Notes: a model not told the origin generated them from the sequence alone. Positions 28,998 to 40,921 are shown, counted from the whole stretch's first letter. The stretch: 63,560 nt of DNA, filler included, from Coriobacteriales bacterium (GCA_031263105.1; 8 parts of 8 records of this genome joined end to end with filler, not necessarily neighbours in it), one strand, 5' to 3'. Numbers and translations: made by a program.

Positions 28998-29152
28998 GTT
29001 ACTGTTCACGCCCCCACTGTCATCCCGAGCCTGCCGAGGGATCCTCGACCGCGCAAGCGGTCGACCGCAGGTCGAGGGGCCCCTGGCCTGCCGTTGGACA
29101 CTGCGTGTTCAAAGATTCCTCGGCGAGCCTCGGAATGACAGTGGGGTGTGAC
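28998..29152. repeat. Family A element whose right terminus is interrupted
   Basis: Left end GTTACTGTTCACG; right end GGGGTGTGACC lacks the usual ...CAGTAAC. Confidence 0.8.
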
Positions 29153-29396
29153 CACATATGACCCTCGCCCCTGTCAAGTGGCAATAATGGGCCGGCCCCC
29201 CTGACCCGTCGGAAAGGGGGTCGGCCCGTATATCCATTCCCTGCTTTCGGAGTCCAAAGTCGTGCCTGTCGCAGGCGCCCGTCTGGCACTCACATATTCG
29301 TGGATACGGCCTTGCCGCCCACACTACAATGCTTCGGCTGGGGCTCTTCGCTTCAAGTGGTAAGTCAGTAATCGTGCATACCGAAAAGTCCGGCGC
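29153..29396 (-). mobile_element. Putative non-coding right-end remnant of an IS110-family element
   Basis: The minus strand has ATCCACGAATATG, GC hairpins and a TTGACA...GTCATATG end, recalled as similar to IS110 ends; no transposase present. Confidence 0.45.
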
Positions 29397-30287
29397 ACGT
29401 GGGCCGGTGCCGCGCGCGACTGGTTCTCCGCCAACGGGTCCTGCAACATCTTCGACCGTGGGGCCATCACGGGCGACCCGACGAACGGCAACGTGGGCGA
29501 CGCACCGGACCAGCAGGGCGGCGGCAACATGAACTTCTGGTGGCCGGGCTCCCAGCCTTTCCTGCGCGTCAATGCGTTCGGCCAGCGCTTCTGCAATGAG
29601 GACGGCCCCTATGACGTGGCCTTCAACCTGGCCTGCATGCAGCCGGGGCATTTCTGGTGGCAGGTTTTCGACGATTCCAGCTGGGAGGACGTCGTGGCCT
29701 TTGACACCACGATCTGCAGCCGCGTCGTAGCCAAGGAAGGCGCCAAGAACTGTCTGCTGCTGGGGCAGTTCTACCCCTGCACTTCCGACGAGGAGTGGCA
29801 TTCCGTGTACCTTGACCCCAATGTTGAGAACGGCGTGCTGATCAAAGCGGACACGCTGGAAGGGCTCGCGGACCTCATGGAGTTTGATGAGGATACCAAG
29901 GCGACCTTCCTGGCAACGGTAAAGCGTTACAACGACCTGGCAGCCGGAGGTGCCGACCTCGACCACGACAAGGCGCCTTGGCGCATGACCTCCCTCGATG
30001 CGCCGCCGTATTACGCCTGCAAGCTGACAGGCTGGCTTCTCACCACCCTCTCGGGCATTCGGGTGGACGGTCGCTACAACGCCCTCACTTCTGAAGGCGT
30101 CCCGATCCCCGGCCTTAAAATGGCAGGCCTCGACCACGGCGGGTTCTTCAGCGGCATGTACGCCCAGTACTACGGAGGCCTCAATATGGCGCACAACCTC
30201 CTTGCCGCCTGGCTCGGAGCAAAAGACATCATGGGCCTTGAGCCACCGGTGGCCCTGCCCGGCGTCCAAGCCGCATACCAGGCCTGA
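29397..30287 (+). pseudogene. 5'-truncated FAD_binding_2 flavoprotein (C-terminal half only)
   Basis: WAGA..D...FDRG, GQRFCNE, PPYYA, TLSGIRVD and PIPGL; no Tat signal or GxG FAD motif. Confidence 0.75.
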
Positions 30288-30383
30288 TTCTCTCAGCGCG
30301 AAAGGAGAGTCGCTTCAGAAGGGAAGGTGCGCTGGGGAGGCAGGGATTGATCATCGCCTCCCCAGTGAGAGCAGTCACGTAAC

Positions 30384-30806
30384 CTACAATACAAAGGGAT
30401 TCAGCAGCTTTACTCCAAGAACCGTCTGACCGTGCGCCATGTCCTCGGTGTAGACGACTTGGCAGCCGGCCGATGCCGCCGCTGACAGTATCAGGCTGTC
30501 ATAGAACGAGTAGCCGGACACGAAGTGAAGGTCTACGGCCTCCTTGATCATCGCAGGCGTTATCTGGACGATGTCGAGTTTGAAGAACTCGTCCAACAGC
30601 AGCAGCATGTCGGCTTCGGAAAGCGAGAGCTTCTTGATGCAGGCGTTTGAGAACTCCTGCAAGACCTGTGTGGAGACAAGGATCCGGTGCGCATCGGCCG
30701 CATCCCGTATGAGGTCTCTGGCTATCCCCTGCTTTCTGGCATCTGCGGCGTCATGGGCATAAAAGAGGATGTTCGTATCGAGGAAGACCTTCTGCCTACC
30801 GCTCAT
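30384..30806 (-). CDS. vapC: PIN-domain (VapC) toxin
   Basis: FLDTNILFYA, STQVLQEF, SFYDSLI and YTED. Confidence 0.9.
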   Translation of the reverse strand: MSGRQKVFLDTNILFYAHDAADARKQGIARDLIRDAADAHRILVSTQVLQEFSNACIKKLSLSEADMLLLLDEFFKLDIVQITPAMIKEAVDLHFVSGYSFYDSLILSAAASAGCQVVYTEDMAHGQTVLGVKLLNPFVL

Positions 30807-31020
30807 GAAGCTCCTCGCGGTCGAACTGCCAGCCCTGTGAGTCGCCCTGTATCTGGTGCGCGACCGCATGGTAATGGGAGTACCAGCCGCCTTGGCCGTC
30901 GGCGGTGACGTCTGCGAGGAAGCCACGAATCATCTCGTTGAGCGACGTGCCGTTCTTCTGGGCGACCGACCGCGACTTCTGCAAGAGGTCGCCGTCGATG
31001 GCAAGAGTGATATTGCTCAT
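30796..31020 (-). CDS. RHH-type antitoxin (VapB/DUF6364-like)
   Basis: NITLAID..LL...TSLNEMIR...FDREELHER; overlaps vapC. Confidence 0.8.
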   Translation of the reverse strand: MSNITLAIDGDLLQKSRSVAQKNGTSLNEMIRGFLADVTADGQGGWYSHYHAVAHQIQGDSQGWQFDREELHER

Positions 31021-31195
31021 ACGCTGCTCCTTTCTGTTGCACATAGTACACATAAGGCATATATGTGTCAATATGCGTGCTACCTGCACCGTTAGGTTAT
31101 AAATGGCGACTATGAAACTTCGAATAAGGTTACATCCGACTCTTTGACACCACTGCCTACAGCACAGGCGCTCCTTTCAAGCCTGTACTAGTTCC

Positions 31196-31450
31196 TTGAG
31201 AGGACGACCGGCGCTCGTACCGCAGAGAAGCAGCGTCGTCTTTGACTATGCCGACGAGAACCTCTTTACTTCCGAGGTAAAGCGCGTTCAAAACATGGTT
31301 GCAATGGCCGAGGCAAGCGGCGAGCCAATGAAATCCTGTTTTAGCTACGCCGAACTGGAAAAGGTATTGGAGGACGCAGGGTGGCTCATCTACGGGCATC
31401 TATCCCCCGCAGAGATTGAAACCCGCTACTGTGCTACACTTTCCCCATGA
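31196..31450 (+). pseudogene. C-terminal fragment of a class I SAM-dependent methyltransferase (LCM/YktD-like)
   Basis: SSVVFDY...GEPMKSCFSY.ELE..L...G..I..HLSP.EI; no SAM-binding N-terminus. Confidence 0.6.
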
Positions 31451-31872
31451 GACTTCCTACTGGATACTTTAGCGCTGTTCAAATCGTTGCTTACATCAAC
31501 GAGACGCTTGGCGGTGCGTCCAATCAAGACGACATCGACGCGGTTTTGCGGGTACTCCCCAAGCTGATCTATGATTGGCGCGGCCTTACCGATGATGAGT
31601 TGGCCGTTGCGATCGCCGAGCCGCCCTTGTCGGGGTGCCCTGAGTTCGATGCGCTTTTTGAGGGCATTGTCGCCTATTTCTTCCACATCGAGTTGCGGCG
31701 AAACGCTCCCGAGTGGGCAAGCCGCACACGCTTGACGAGACAGTGGGTTGCTCGTCGCAGCCAAGTTGAAAAAGGCGGCGAGCGACTCTACTTCAAAATT
31801 TGGCAAAACACGCCGATTGAGATGCTGGAGCGCGGCCTGCTGTTCTCCCGTTCAGAGTTGACCTTGCTATGA
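31447..31872 (+). CDS. Hypothetical protein, partner of the downstream nucleotidyltransferase
   Basis: EPPLSG..FDA, PEW and TP..M.ERG; ATGA overlap. Confidence 0.6.
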   Translation: MRLPTGYFSAVQIVAYINETLGGASNQDDIDAVLRVLPKLIYDWRGLTDDELAVAIAEPPLSGCPEFDALFEGIVAYFFHIELRRNAPEWASRTRLTRQWVARRSQVEKGGERLYFKIWQNTPIEMLERGLLFSRSELTLL

Positions 31873-32453
31873 CGAACGCCGGCTCTTTCCCTGCTGCGGA
31901 GTTTGACCATGACGTCTTGCTCGATTTGCTTCAATCCTTTGATGAGAAATTGGGGCAAGAGGGCTTTCACGGCAGTATCTTTATAGTCGGCGGAGCAGCT
32001 ATGGCACTTGAGTACAGCGCGCTTCGTGTTACAACGGACATAGACGCCATCTTTAACCCGAGAAGTGACATTGAGGGGATTGCAGCGTCGTTTGCCGAAG
32101 AACGGGGGCTGCCAAAGGATTGGCTCAACACTCATGTCTCGGGAATGCTTGGCTATTTTAAGACTGACGAGCAGGCACGCACTGTTTTCAGTGGTGAGAA
32201 CCTGACTGTTTCTGTTGCTTCCCCTGAGTACCTTTTCGCCTCCAAGGTTATTGCGGGACGAGACAAAGACCGTGACGACGCGGCTATACTTGCCAAGAAG
32301 CTGGGGGTGTCTACCGTCTCTGGTATGCAGGTCATTGTTGAAAGATATTATCGCGGCGAAATAACTCCCGGTGAGTATCGCGGAGATGTGATTCTCTCGA
32401 TGCTCCAAGACATTGAGGATATGATTGCCGACCCTGCCAAAGACCACGATTGA
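31869..32453 (+). CDS. DUF6036-like nucleotidyltransferase (putative toxin or Abi)
   Basis: IVGGAAM, R.TTDIDA, DWLN and SK..AGRDKD.DD. Confidence 0.75.
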   Translation: MTNAGSFPAAEFDHDVLLDLLQSFDEKLGQEGFHGSIFIVGGAAMALEYSALRVTTDIDAIFNPRSDIEGIAASFAEERGLPKDWLNTHVSGMLGYFKTDEQARTVFSGENLTVSVASPEYLFASKVIAGRDKDRDDAAILAKKLGVSTVSGMQVIVERYYRGEITPGEYRGDVILSMLQDIEDMIADPAKDHD

Positions 32454-32719
32454 CGGTAGGGGTGGGGTATGGATGATAAAAGGGGGACGGGGCTACTGTC
32501 CCACTTGCGCGGCGACAACCGTTTGGAAAAAGCAAATGCCCTGTTCAGGATAGGGCTTTTGAGAACTCCGAACTAAACTCAAAATCTAATAGTCAACGAA
32601 ACGGGTGATACCGGCTGCGGTATCCGACGTCCCTTCCGCTGGTATAATTTTCCTGCCAACAAAGAATTTGCCCAGGCATCCAAGCTGCCGACACCTTGAA
32701 GATAGCGCACTATGCGAAA

Positions 32720-33568
32720 TCAACGTTGTGACATTTTACGGTATTCCCTCGGCAGCAGACCGGTTATTTCTCTGAACAACTCCGAGAAATGACTGGCGTT
32801 TTGATAGCCTACCATCTGGACAACATCCCCGATTGAAAACCCGGTATGGGCAAGCAGGTACTCGGCGTGGCTCACACGCCGTTGCTGTACGTATTCCGTA
32901 ATGGTGCAGCCATGATGACGCTTGAAGGTGTTCTTCAGTTTCGTTGTTCCCATACACGCGATTTTGGCCAACCGTTCAATCGGGAGGTCGTGAGCGAAGT
33001 GGTCGTTGATGTATGCGGAAACATCCTCGATTCGTCGGGAGTCCTCAGAAGATAAAGCCGCTCCACCTGATGGGCGGTGCTTGCAGAACCCGACCATCAA
33101 AGAGATTGCTTCCGCCACTTTGCCTTCGTAGAACAGCTTTGCCTCAATCCCATCCCCGCGATAGCTTTTCACCTGTGTAAGCAGGCGAACCATCTCAGGG
33201 AAATGCTCTGTTTGGTCAACCGCTTGGAACGCATGAACAAGGTTCTCGAATTCTTTTGGGTATTGTTTCAAAAGATACCCTTCGTAATATCCGGGGGAGA
33301 CTTCGATACCGATAGACCGGACAGGGATTTTCTTATGCATCAATACACGGTACGGCGTTTCCTTGCCGATAAACGCCTTGACGCACCCTGCGCTCACCCG
33401 CCGGTAGGGAGAAAGCTCATCGGCAGAGAACGACTCGTAATAGGTGATCCCCAGGCAGCCCGGCAACAAGAATTCAAACAGGGAATCCTCATGGAGATAG
33501 AAATCATGTATTTTTATGTTGAACAAATCCTTTTGCCCGTATATCCAAAAGGTTCCGTCGCCTGTTTC
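32720..33568 (-). CDS. AraC family regulator (PchR-like), 5' end lost in the gap
   Basis: LAKIACMGTTKLK..FK...VGYQNASHFS..FR...G.LP; lower GC than the genome average. Confidence 0.85.
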   Translation of the reverse strand, partial: ETGDGTFWIYGQKDLFNIKIHDFYLHEDSLFEFLLPGCLGITYYESFSADELSPYRRVSAGCVKAFIGKETPYRVLMHKKIPVRSIGIEVSPGYYEGYLLKQYPKEFENLVHAFQAVDQTEHFPEMVRLLTQVKSYRGDGIEAKLFYEGKVAEAISLMVGFCKHRPSGGAALSSEDSRRIEDVSAYINDHFAHDLPIERLAKIACMGTTKLKNTFKRHHGCTITEYVQQRRVSHAEYLLAHTGFSIGDVVQMVGYQNASHFSELFREITGLLPREYRKMSQR

Positions 33569-33668
33569 NNNNNNNNNNNNNNNNNNNNNNNNNNNNNNNN
33601 NNNNNNNNNNNNTTAATTAATTAANNNNNNNNNNNNNNNNNNNNNNNNNNNNNNNNNNNNNNNNNNNN

Positions 33669-34867
<1,199 letters not shown>

Positions 34868-34877
34868 TGTCCTTTCC

Positions 34878-35657
34878 TCAGAAGACCGGTGCGCACATAC
34901 GCATGATCTCGCCCTCACGGGTCATGAACTCGACTATCTTCACACCGACGCCGTAGGCGTCGTGCATGTTGCGCTCGGTGATGATGTCCACCGCACGCCC
35001 GAACTGCATGGCCTTGTTGCGCTGCAGCAGCACCACGTTGGAGTTGCACATGAAGGCGTGGTCGGGGCTGTGCGTGGTCATGATGATCCCGTAGCCCCTC
35101 TGCGCCAGCTCGCGCACCTTGGCGATGACGCGCACGACGTTGCCGTAGTCCAGGGCGGCCGTGGGCTCGTCGAGCACGAGCAGCTGGGGCTGCTGGGCAA
35201 GGGCCCGGGCTATCATCACCAGCTGGAGCTCGCCGCCCGACACGTCGGTGTAGGGCTGGTCGCGCAGCTCGTAGACGCCCATGTCGTTGAGCGCGTTGTC
35301 GACTATCTGGTAGTCGCTGGCCGAGGGCTGGGCGTAGCCCATCTGGTTCGTGCGCCCCAGAAGCACGACATCGCGCACCTTGTACGGGAAGGGCGGGGTG
35401 TGCCCCTGGCTCACATACGCCATCACGGACGCGAGCTTCTTGGGGCCCCAGCGCGCGATGTTCTCCCCGTCGAAGGACACCGAGCCCGCCTGGCGCGGGA
35501 TGAGCCCCAGCACCGTCTTGAACAGCGTCGACTTGCCGCAGCCGTTGGGCCCCAGCACGCAGCAGATCTCGCCGGACGCCACCGCGAAGTTCACGTAGCG
35601 CTGAACGGGCCTGCCGGGCTCCCACCCACACGACACATCTCTTGCTTCCAGTTTCAT
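34878..35657 (-). CDS. ABC transporter ATPase, iron-siderophore/cobalamin type
   Basis: GPNGCGKST, SGGE and LDEPT. Confidence 0.9.
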   Translation of the reverse strand: MKLEARDVSCGWEPGRPVQRYVNFAVASGEICCVLGPNGCGKSTLFKTVLGLIPRQAGSVSFDGENIARWGPKKLASVMAYVSQGHTPPFPYKVRDVVLLGRTNQMGYAQPSASDYQIVDNALNDMGVYELRDQPYTDVSGGELQLVMIARALAQQPQLLVLDEPTAALDYGNVVRVIAKVRELAQRGYGIIMTTHSPDHAFMCNSNVVLLQRNKAMQFGRAVDIITERNMHDAYGVGVKIVEFMTREGEIMRMCAPVF

Positions 35658-35677
35658 GCGTACCTTCCTACTACAGT

Positions 35678-35900
35678 CCCACTATCATTCCGAGTGCAGG
35701 GGCGCAAGCCCCGCAGGGCCACTGTCATTCCGAGTGGAGGGGCGCAAGCCCCACAGCCCACTGTCATTCCGAGTGGAGGGGCGCAAGCCCCGGAACCGAG
35801 GAATCTTTGGACACGCAGTGTCCAAGCGGGCCGGTTGACTGCTTCGCAGTCAAAGATTCCTCGGCTTCGCTTCGCTGCGCTCGGAATGACAGTGGGGGGC
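35678..35900. repeat. Family A element with a triplicated left arm
   Basis: Three copies of CCACT(G/A)TCATTCCGAGTG..GGGCGCAAGCCCC. Confidence 0.85.
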
Positions 35901-35961
35901 GCAGCCGAAGGGCCCGGGGCGGCGGTGTGACAGGGGGTGTGAGCATGCGATACCTCCTCTC

Positions 35962-37359
35962 CTACAGCCTGAAGGACCTGAAGAAGTATCTGAGGCCACC
36001 CAGGTGGGTGCGGGCTGCCTTCCAGAATGCGAGGTAGTAGGCTGCGAAGGGGACCACGTCGTCCTCGGTGGGGACGCGGCGGCCGTAGGCGCAGGCCTCG
36101 TAGGCGTGGGTCAGGTCGGTGAAGGCCACGCGCGTCTCCTCGGTGAGCATGTCCATGGAGCGTGCCGAGTTGGCCGCGTACTCGCGGAGCGTCATGCCTG
36201 CGGGCACCTTGAAGCCGAGACGGGCGAGACGGTCGAGCGCAAACAGGTACAGCGACTCGACCTGCTCCCTCGGCTCCTGGGAGAGCATGTGCACAAGCCG
36301 CCGCCTGCGCCAAAGCCTGCGCCCGACGAAGTAGCCGACGACAGCGAGGGTGACAAGCGCAGCGGTGACGAGGGCGGCTATGATCATCGGGAAGACCTCG
36401 GACCAGGAGAGCGGGGCGAACTCCTCCTCAAGGGACTCCGGGTCGAAGGCGGTGTTCTGCCCTGAGCCTGCGGCGGCGCTCTGCTCGACCTCCTGCCGGA
36501 GCTGCTGTTCGAGCACCGATGCCGCGTCGATGGTCACGGCGGCGTTGGGGTCCGTCTTGAGGTCGTCGGTGGTGTAGGGGAAGCCCTCCACGAGGTTCTC
36601 CGAGGTCATCTCGAAGTTGAAGATGGGATGCTCGTCGGCCGTGCCCTTGTACTCATCGATGGGGAGGCGCCGGTAGTCGGTGAGGAGGGTCACCTTCATC
36701 ACCGAGGGGTCGAGCGGGGCGATGACGGCGAACCAGGCCATGAGCGCCAGGGCACCCGCCGCCAGCACCGGCAGGGCCGAGGTCACGAAGTTGCCCACGT
36801 GGGAGGGCCGCCGCGCCACGTCGGCGTTGGCGAGTCCCAGCCGGAAGTTGCGGTGCACGATGAGCGCCAGCGCAGAGAGGGACGCGGCCACGCTCATGGC
36901 CAGCTCCCCGCTCTCGTAGAAGGCCTGCACCACCGTGCAGGAGAAGGCCGAGGCCAAGAACCACAGGGCGCTCCCGGCCAGCGTGCGCGTGAGCAGGAAG
37001 CCGCCCGTTGCGGCAGCGGCCATGACAAGCGCCAGGTAGAGGTAGTTGCCCTCCGCGTCGTCGTAGGGGTTCTCGCCGCTGGAGAGGGCGATGGCGGCCC
37101 CCACCAATCCGGCCAGCACAAGCAGGTAGACGACCGCCCCCACCGCCAGACGCTTGCGGCGGTACGCCGCCGCGTACAGCGCCAGCAGCAGCACCGCGCA
37201 CGCCGCCAGCGCAAGGCCCGCACGGGCCGCATAGCCCGAGGACTCCAGCAGGCCGTCCAGGAAGTAGGCGTTGAAGCCCACCACCGAGACCGACCATACC
37301 GACAAGAGCAGCAGCAGGTACTCCCCCACGTTCTGCCTGAGATAGGCTCCAAAGCTCAC
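35962..37359 (-). CDS. Multi-pass membrane protein with a C-terminal DUF4129-like domain
   Basis: Several TM helices; G......TLREYA...LT..YE...YG. Confidence 0.7.
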   Translation of the reverse strand: MSFGAYLRQNVGEYLLLLLSVWSVSVVGFNAYFLDGLLESSGYAARAGLALAACAVLLLALYAAAYRRKRLAVGAVVYLLVLAGLVGAAIALSSGENPYDDAEGNYLYLALVMAAAATGGFLLTRTLAGSALWFLASAFSCTVVQAFYESGELAMSVAASLSALALIVHRNFRLGLANADVARRPSHVGNFVTSALPVLAAGALALMAWFAVIAPLDPSVMKVTLLTDYRRLPIDEYKGTADEHPIFNFEMTSENLVEGFPYTTDDLKTDPNAAVTIDAASVLEQQLRQEVEQSAAAGSGQNTAFDPESLEEEFAPLSWSEVFPMIIAALVTAALVTLAVVGYFVGRRLWRRRRLVHMLSQEPREQVESLYLFALDRLARLGFKVPAGMTLREYAANSARSMDMLTEETRVAFTDLTHAYEACAYGRRVPTEDDVVPFAAYYLAFWKAARTHLGGLRYFFRSFRL

Positions 37360-37380
37360 AGGATGCCCTCCTCTCTTGTC

Positions 37381-37545
37381 CCACCACTGTCATCCCGAGC
37401 GGAGGGGCGAAGCCCCGGAACCGAGGGATCTTTGGTCGCAAAGCGACCAACTGCGGGCGAGGAATCCTCCGACCTGCGGTCGGCTGCGCCGCAGCCGAAG
37501 ATCCCTCGACTGCGGGGCTTCGCCCCGCCGCGCGGGGTGACAGGG
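37381..37545. repeat. Family A element
   Basis: CACTGTCATCCCGAGC...GGGGCGAAGCCCC...GGGGCTTCGCCCC...TGACAG. Confidence 0.8.
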
Positions 37546-37690
37546 CTCATAGGCCCGCCCCCGTTGTCGACAGTGCGCATAGGCCCGCCCNNNNNNNNNN
37601 NNNNNNNNNNNNNNNNNNNNNNNNNNNNNNNNNNTTAATTAATTAANNNNNNNNNNNNNNNNNNNNNNNNNNNNNNNNNNNNNNNNNNNN

Positions 37691-38078
37691 GACTGTCGCG
37701 GGGCGAAGCTGCGAAGCAGCGGGTGAGCCCATGGAACCGACAGGCCCACGGAACGCGAAGCAGCCAACTGGCCCGGTTGGGCGCTGATGCGCCCAAAGAT
37801 TCCTCGGCTTCGCTCGGAATGACAGTGGGGTGTGAACAGTAACCACATTCACCCGCATTCATCTGGACGTCCGTTGTTACACGTCACACCCCCACTGTCA
37901 TTCCGAGCTCCGTCGAGGAATCTTTGGACACGCAGTGTCCAACGGCAGGTCAGGGGGCCCTTCGACCTGCGGTCGACCGCTTGCGCGGCCGAGGATCCCT
38001 CGGCAGGCTCGGGATGGCAGTGGGGGCCCGGGATGACAGTGGGGCTCGGGATGACAGTGGGGGGAGTGAACAGTAACG
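37691..38078. repeat. Two adjacent family A elements
   Basis: 37691-37808 is the reverse complement of the contig end at about 60553-60670; the second copy spans about 37876-38078. Confidence 0.85.
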
Positions 38079-38129
38079 CACATTCACCCGCATCCACACA
38101 CGCGCATCCATCTGGACGTTACGCCTCGG

Positions 38130-39743
38130 TTATGCCTCGAGCAATCGGTAGATCTCGTTGATGGCGTCTGTGGGCTCCTGGGCAATGACCGTGTCTGGAT
38201 ACACCTTGCACTTCCGGTTCCTTAGAGCCATGAAGGCGCCTTCGGAGTCGACCGTGCCCCCCTTGGCAACGATGTCCTCTTGCAGGCAGTGGAGAACGGC
38301 CGCAGCGATGAAGGCGAGTATCAGGTGCCCGCACGAGGTCTCCCCCTCCTGCAGCCGCAGCGGTCTCAGGTCGGCATCGCCTGTGCCGATGTCGCAGGGC
38401 TGCCCTGTCCGCTGCCCCGCGTAACAGAGCGGCAGCAGCTGCGACGCGGGGACGTCCACAGATGCCAGAGCCATGAAGAGCCTGGGGGGCGGCACGCGCC
38501 CGTCGGCCTCCCCGGCCTCCTCGGCAAGCGCACCGTCCCCATATGCGAGGGCGGCGTCCCTCCGCTGCCGACGAAGGCCGCGCCACCGACCACGGACATC
38601 CGCCGCTGGGCGGGCCTCGTCGCCCCTGTAGGCAAGGAGGGCACGCGCCATCTGCTGGTTCCTTTCGTGTGTAGTGAGAATTTTTTTACCCTCTATGGCC
38701 GAGGCGACATCCATGGCCAGATAGGCGTAGCCGTCCTTGCCGTAGACATCGACCCGCGCCTTCCTCGTGTACAGGAGGCGGTCACCGAGCCTCACCTCCT
38801 TGCCCAGCGACATCAGGCCTTCCAGCACAGAGTCCGCAGCCTGTCTGAAGATACCGCCATGAGGAGCGAGCCTGGTGATGAACGGGATGCCCGCAGCATC
38901 CAGCTCCCGCACCGTGCCCTCGCTGAAGCAGGCGGGATCCACGACGGCGTAGTCGACTGACACGCCATACTTGCCAAGGTCTCCCACAACAGCCTTCAAG
39001 GTGTCTGCGCCCACGATGCCGCCCGGGCAGCAGCTGAGGCACAGGGGCCTGCCGGTGACACGATCCAAGACGTAGACGAGCTTGGCGCCCCCGACCGTCC
39101 CGTCCCCCCTGCAGGCGCCCAGCGGGGCCACCGACATCCGCGAGGCTTTCGGTGCACTCGAACCGTCGGGGCGTGCGCCCGCAGCGGCGACGCCGTAGAG
39201 GCAGCCCAAATAGCGGTCGAAGAAGCGCTGCCGCACCGCCTCGTCACCGAGCCTGCCAAGGAACCCGTCGACACACGGGCCTTCCAAGTCGGCATCCGGG
39301 AGCAGCACGGACGCATAGCTGCCCTCCCACCACGTCTTGGCATGGCAAACGGCCTTGCGGTCGGCCAGGATCCGATGGCAGAGCAGCGCGAGCAGGGTAT
39401 CGTCCTCACCGGGCAACAGTCCGACGAGCGCCTCGTAAAACGGCAGGCTTCTCATGTAGTGGTAAAGGAAGTGCACATCACCGAAGTCCAGAATCAGGCC
39501 CTCCTGCTCCGGGCCTTCACTGCTTGGAGCACGGTAGCGCTCCGGGGCGTCCTCGAACCCGCCCTCGACGGTAAAGCGGAACACGCCGCGCTCACGGCTC
39601 TTGAACACGCCCTCGTCGGCGTCGATGACCCTGCCCAGGTTTGCCACGTACTCCTGCTTGACGCGGCCGCCCTCCCTGACGGATCGCACGAGAGATGCGT
39701 ACCGTATGCCGTTGCCCTTGTCACTGTAACGTATGTACGGCAT
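38130..39743 (-). mobile_element. IS1634/IS4-superfamily-like transposase, apparently degenerate but with an open frame
   Basis: NLGRVID...GVFKSRERGVF, LILDFGD, W.EGSYA and GHL.L.FIA...LRN.KCKVY; real start at 39743 after a GAAGGG RBS. Confidence 0.7.
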
Positions 39744-39775
39744 AGCCTGCCCCTTCCGACCGACATGGCAAGCGT

Positions 39776-40921
39776 TCAGAGGACATCCGATGCGTAGGCG
39801 ACGGCGATGCAGAGGCGGGCGAGGGCCTCCAGGTCGGCGACTGCAAGGGACTCGCTCAGGCCGTGCACGTCGGTCATGCCGGTGCCCAGCACCAGTGCGC
39901 GCATGCCTTTCTCGGCAAAGACGTTGGCGTCCGAGCCCCCGCCGCTCACGGCGGTCTGCGCCGGCAGGCCGAGCGAGCGCGCCTCCGCAAGCACGAGCTG
40001 CACGAGGGGGTCGTCCTCCCCTATCTGGAAGGCGCGGTACTCCTCCTCCCACTCGACGGCCACGCTGCCGTCCGTGCCGCAGACGGCGGCATCGAGGGCC
40101 TCTGCAAGCTGCGCCTTCACCTCGCGGGCGCGCCCCTCGTCCATCGCACGGAACTCGCCGGTGACGACGCAGCTGCCCGGCACGATGTTGAAGGCGTTGC
40201 CGCCTGAGATGATGCCCACGTTCGCCGTCGTCCGCTCGTCGAGGCGCCCCAGCTGCATCGCCAGCACCGCCTTCGATGCCAGGGCTATCGCGGAGACGCC
40301 CCTCTCGGGCTCGATGCCCGCGTGTGCCGCCCTGCCGGTGAACGTGGCCTCGAAGAGGTAGTGGAAGGGCGCGCCTGTGACGACCACGCCCGGTGCGCCG
40401 CTCGCGTCGAGGACGAGGCAGGGGGCGCAGCCGAGGTCGCGGCAATCCATGGCATGGGCGCCGCGCAGCCCGATCTCCTCCCCCACCGAGAGCAGGGCGC
40501 CTATCGCGGGATGGGGCCTGCCGCTGGCGGCGGCCTCGGCGAGGGTGCGCACCGTCTCGATGATGGCGGCGACGCCCACCTTGTCGTCCCCGCCGAGGAC
40601 GGTGTCGCCCGCAGACGTGATGACGCCATCGGCGATGACGGGCTCGATGCCCTCGCCGGGAGAGACCGTGTCCATGTGGGCGGAAAGGTACAGCGACGGG
40701 GCGGGGGCGGAGGCGTCGCCCGTGTCGGGGGCGGCGGGGAGGAGGGCTACGAGGTTGCCGGTGTCGGAGCCGGTCGTGGGCGCACTTGTGTCGAAGCGGA
40801 CGGTGCAGCCGGCCTCTTCGAGCGCCTGCTTGCAGTAGGCGGCGACATTCGCCTCCCGCAGGCTCGGCGAGTCGATCCGCACCAGGTCGAGGAAGGTGTC
40901 GAGGAGCCGCTGTGCGTTCAT
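39776..40921 (-). CDS. M20 family metallopeptidase (PepT-like)
   Basis: AHMDTV, LGGDDK, EEIG, GRAAHAG, GGGSDAN and H...E. Confidence 0.9.
   Translation of the reverse strand: MNAQRLLDTFLDLVRIDSPSLREANVAAYCKQALEEAGCTVRFDTSAPTTGSDTGNLVALLPAAPDTGDASAPAPSLYLSAHMDTVSPGEGIEPVIADGVITSAGDTVLGGDDKVGVAAIIETVRTLAEAAASGRPHPAIGALLSVGEEIGLRGAHAMDCRDLGCAPCLVLDASGAPGVVVTGAPFHYLFEATFTGRAAHAGIEPERGVSAIALASKAVLAMQLGRLDERTTANVGIISGGNAFNIVPGSCVVTGEFRAMDEGRAREVKAQLAEALDAAVCGTDGSVAVEWEEEYRAFQIGEDDPLVQLVLAEARSLGLPAQTAVSGGGSDANVFAEKGMRALVLGTGMTDVHGLSESLAVADLEALARLCIAVAYASDVL

Noticed and set aside
38130..40445. 771-aa ORF suggesting a long transposase fusion
   Set aside because: The upstream part overlaps the peptidase in another frame; the real start with an RBS is at 39743.
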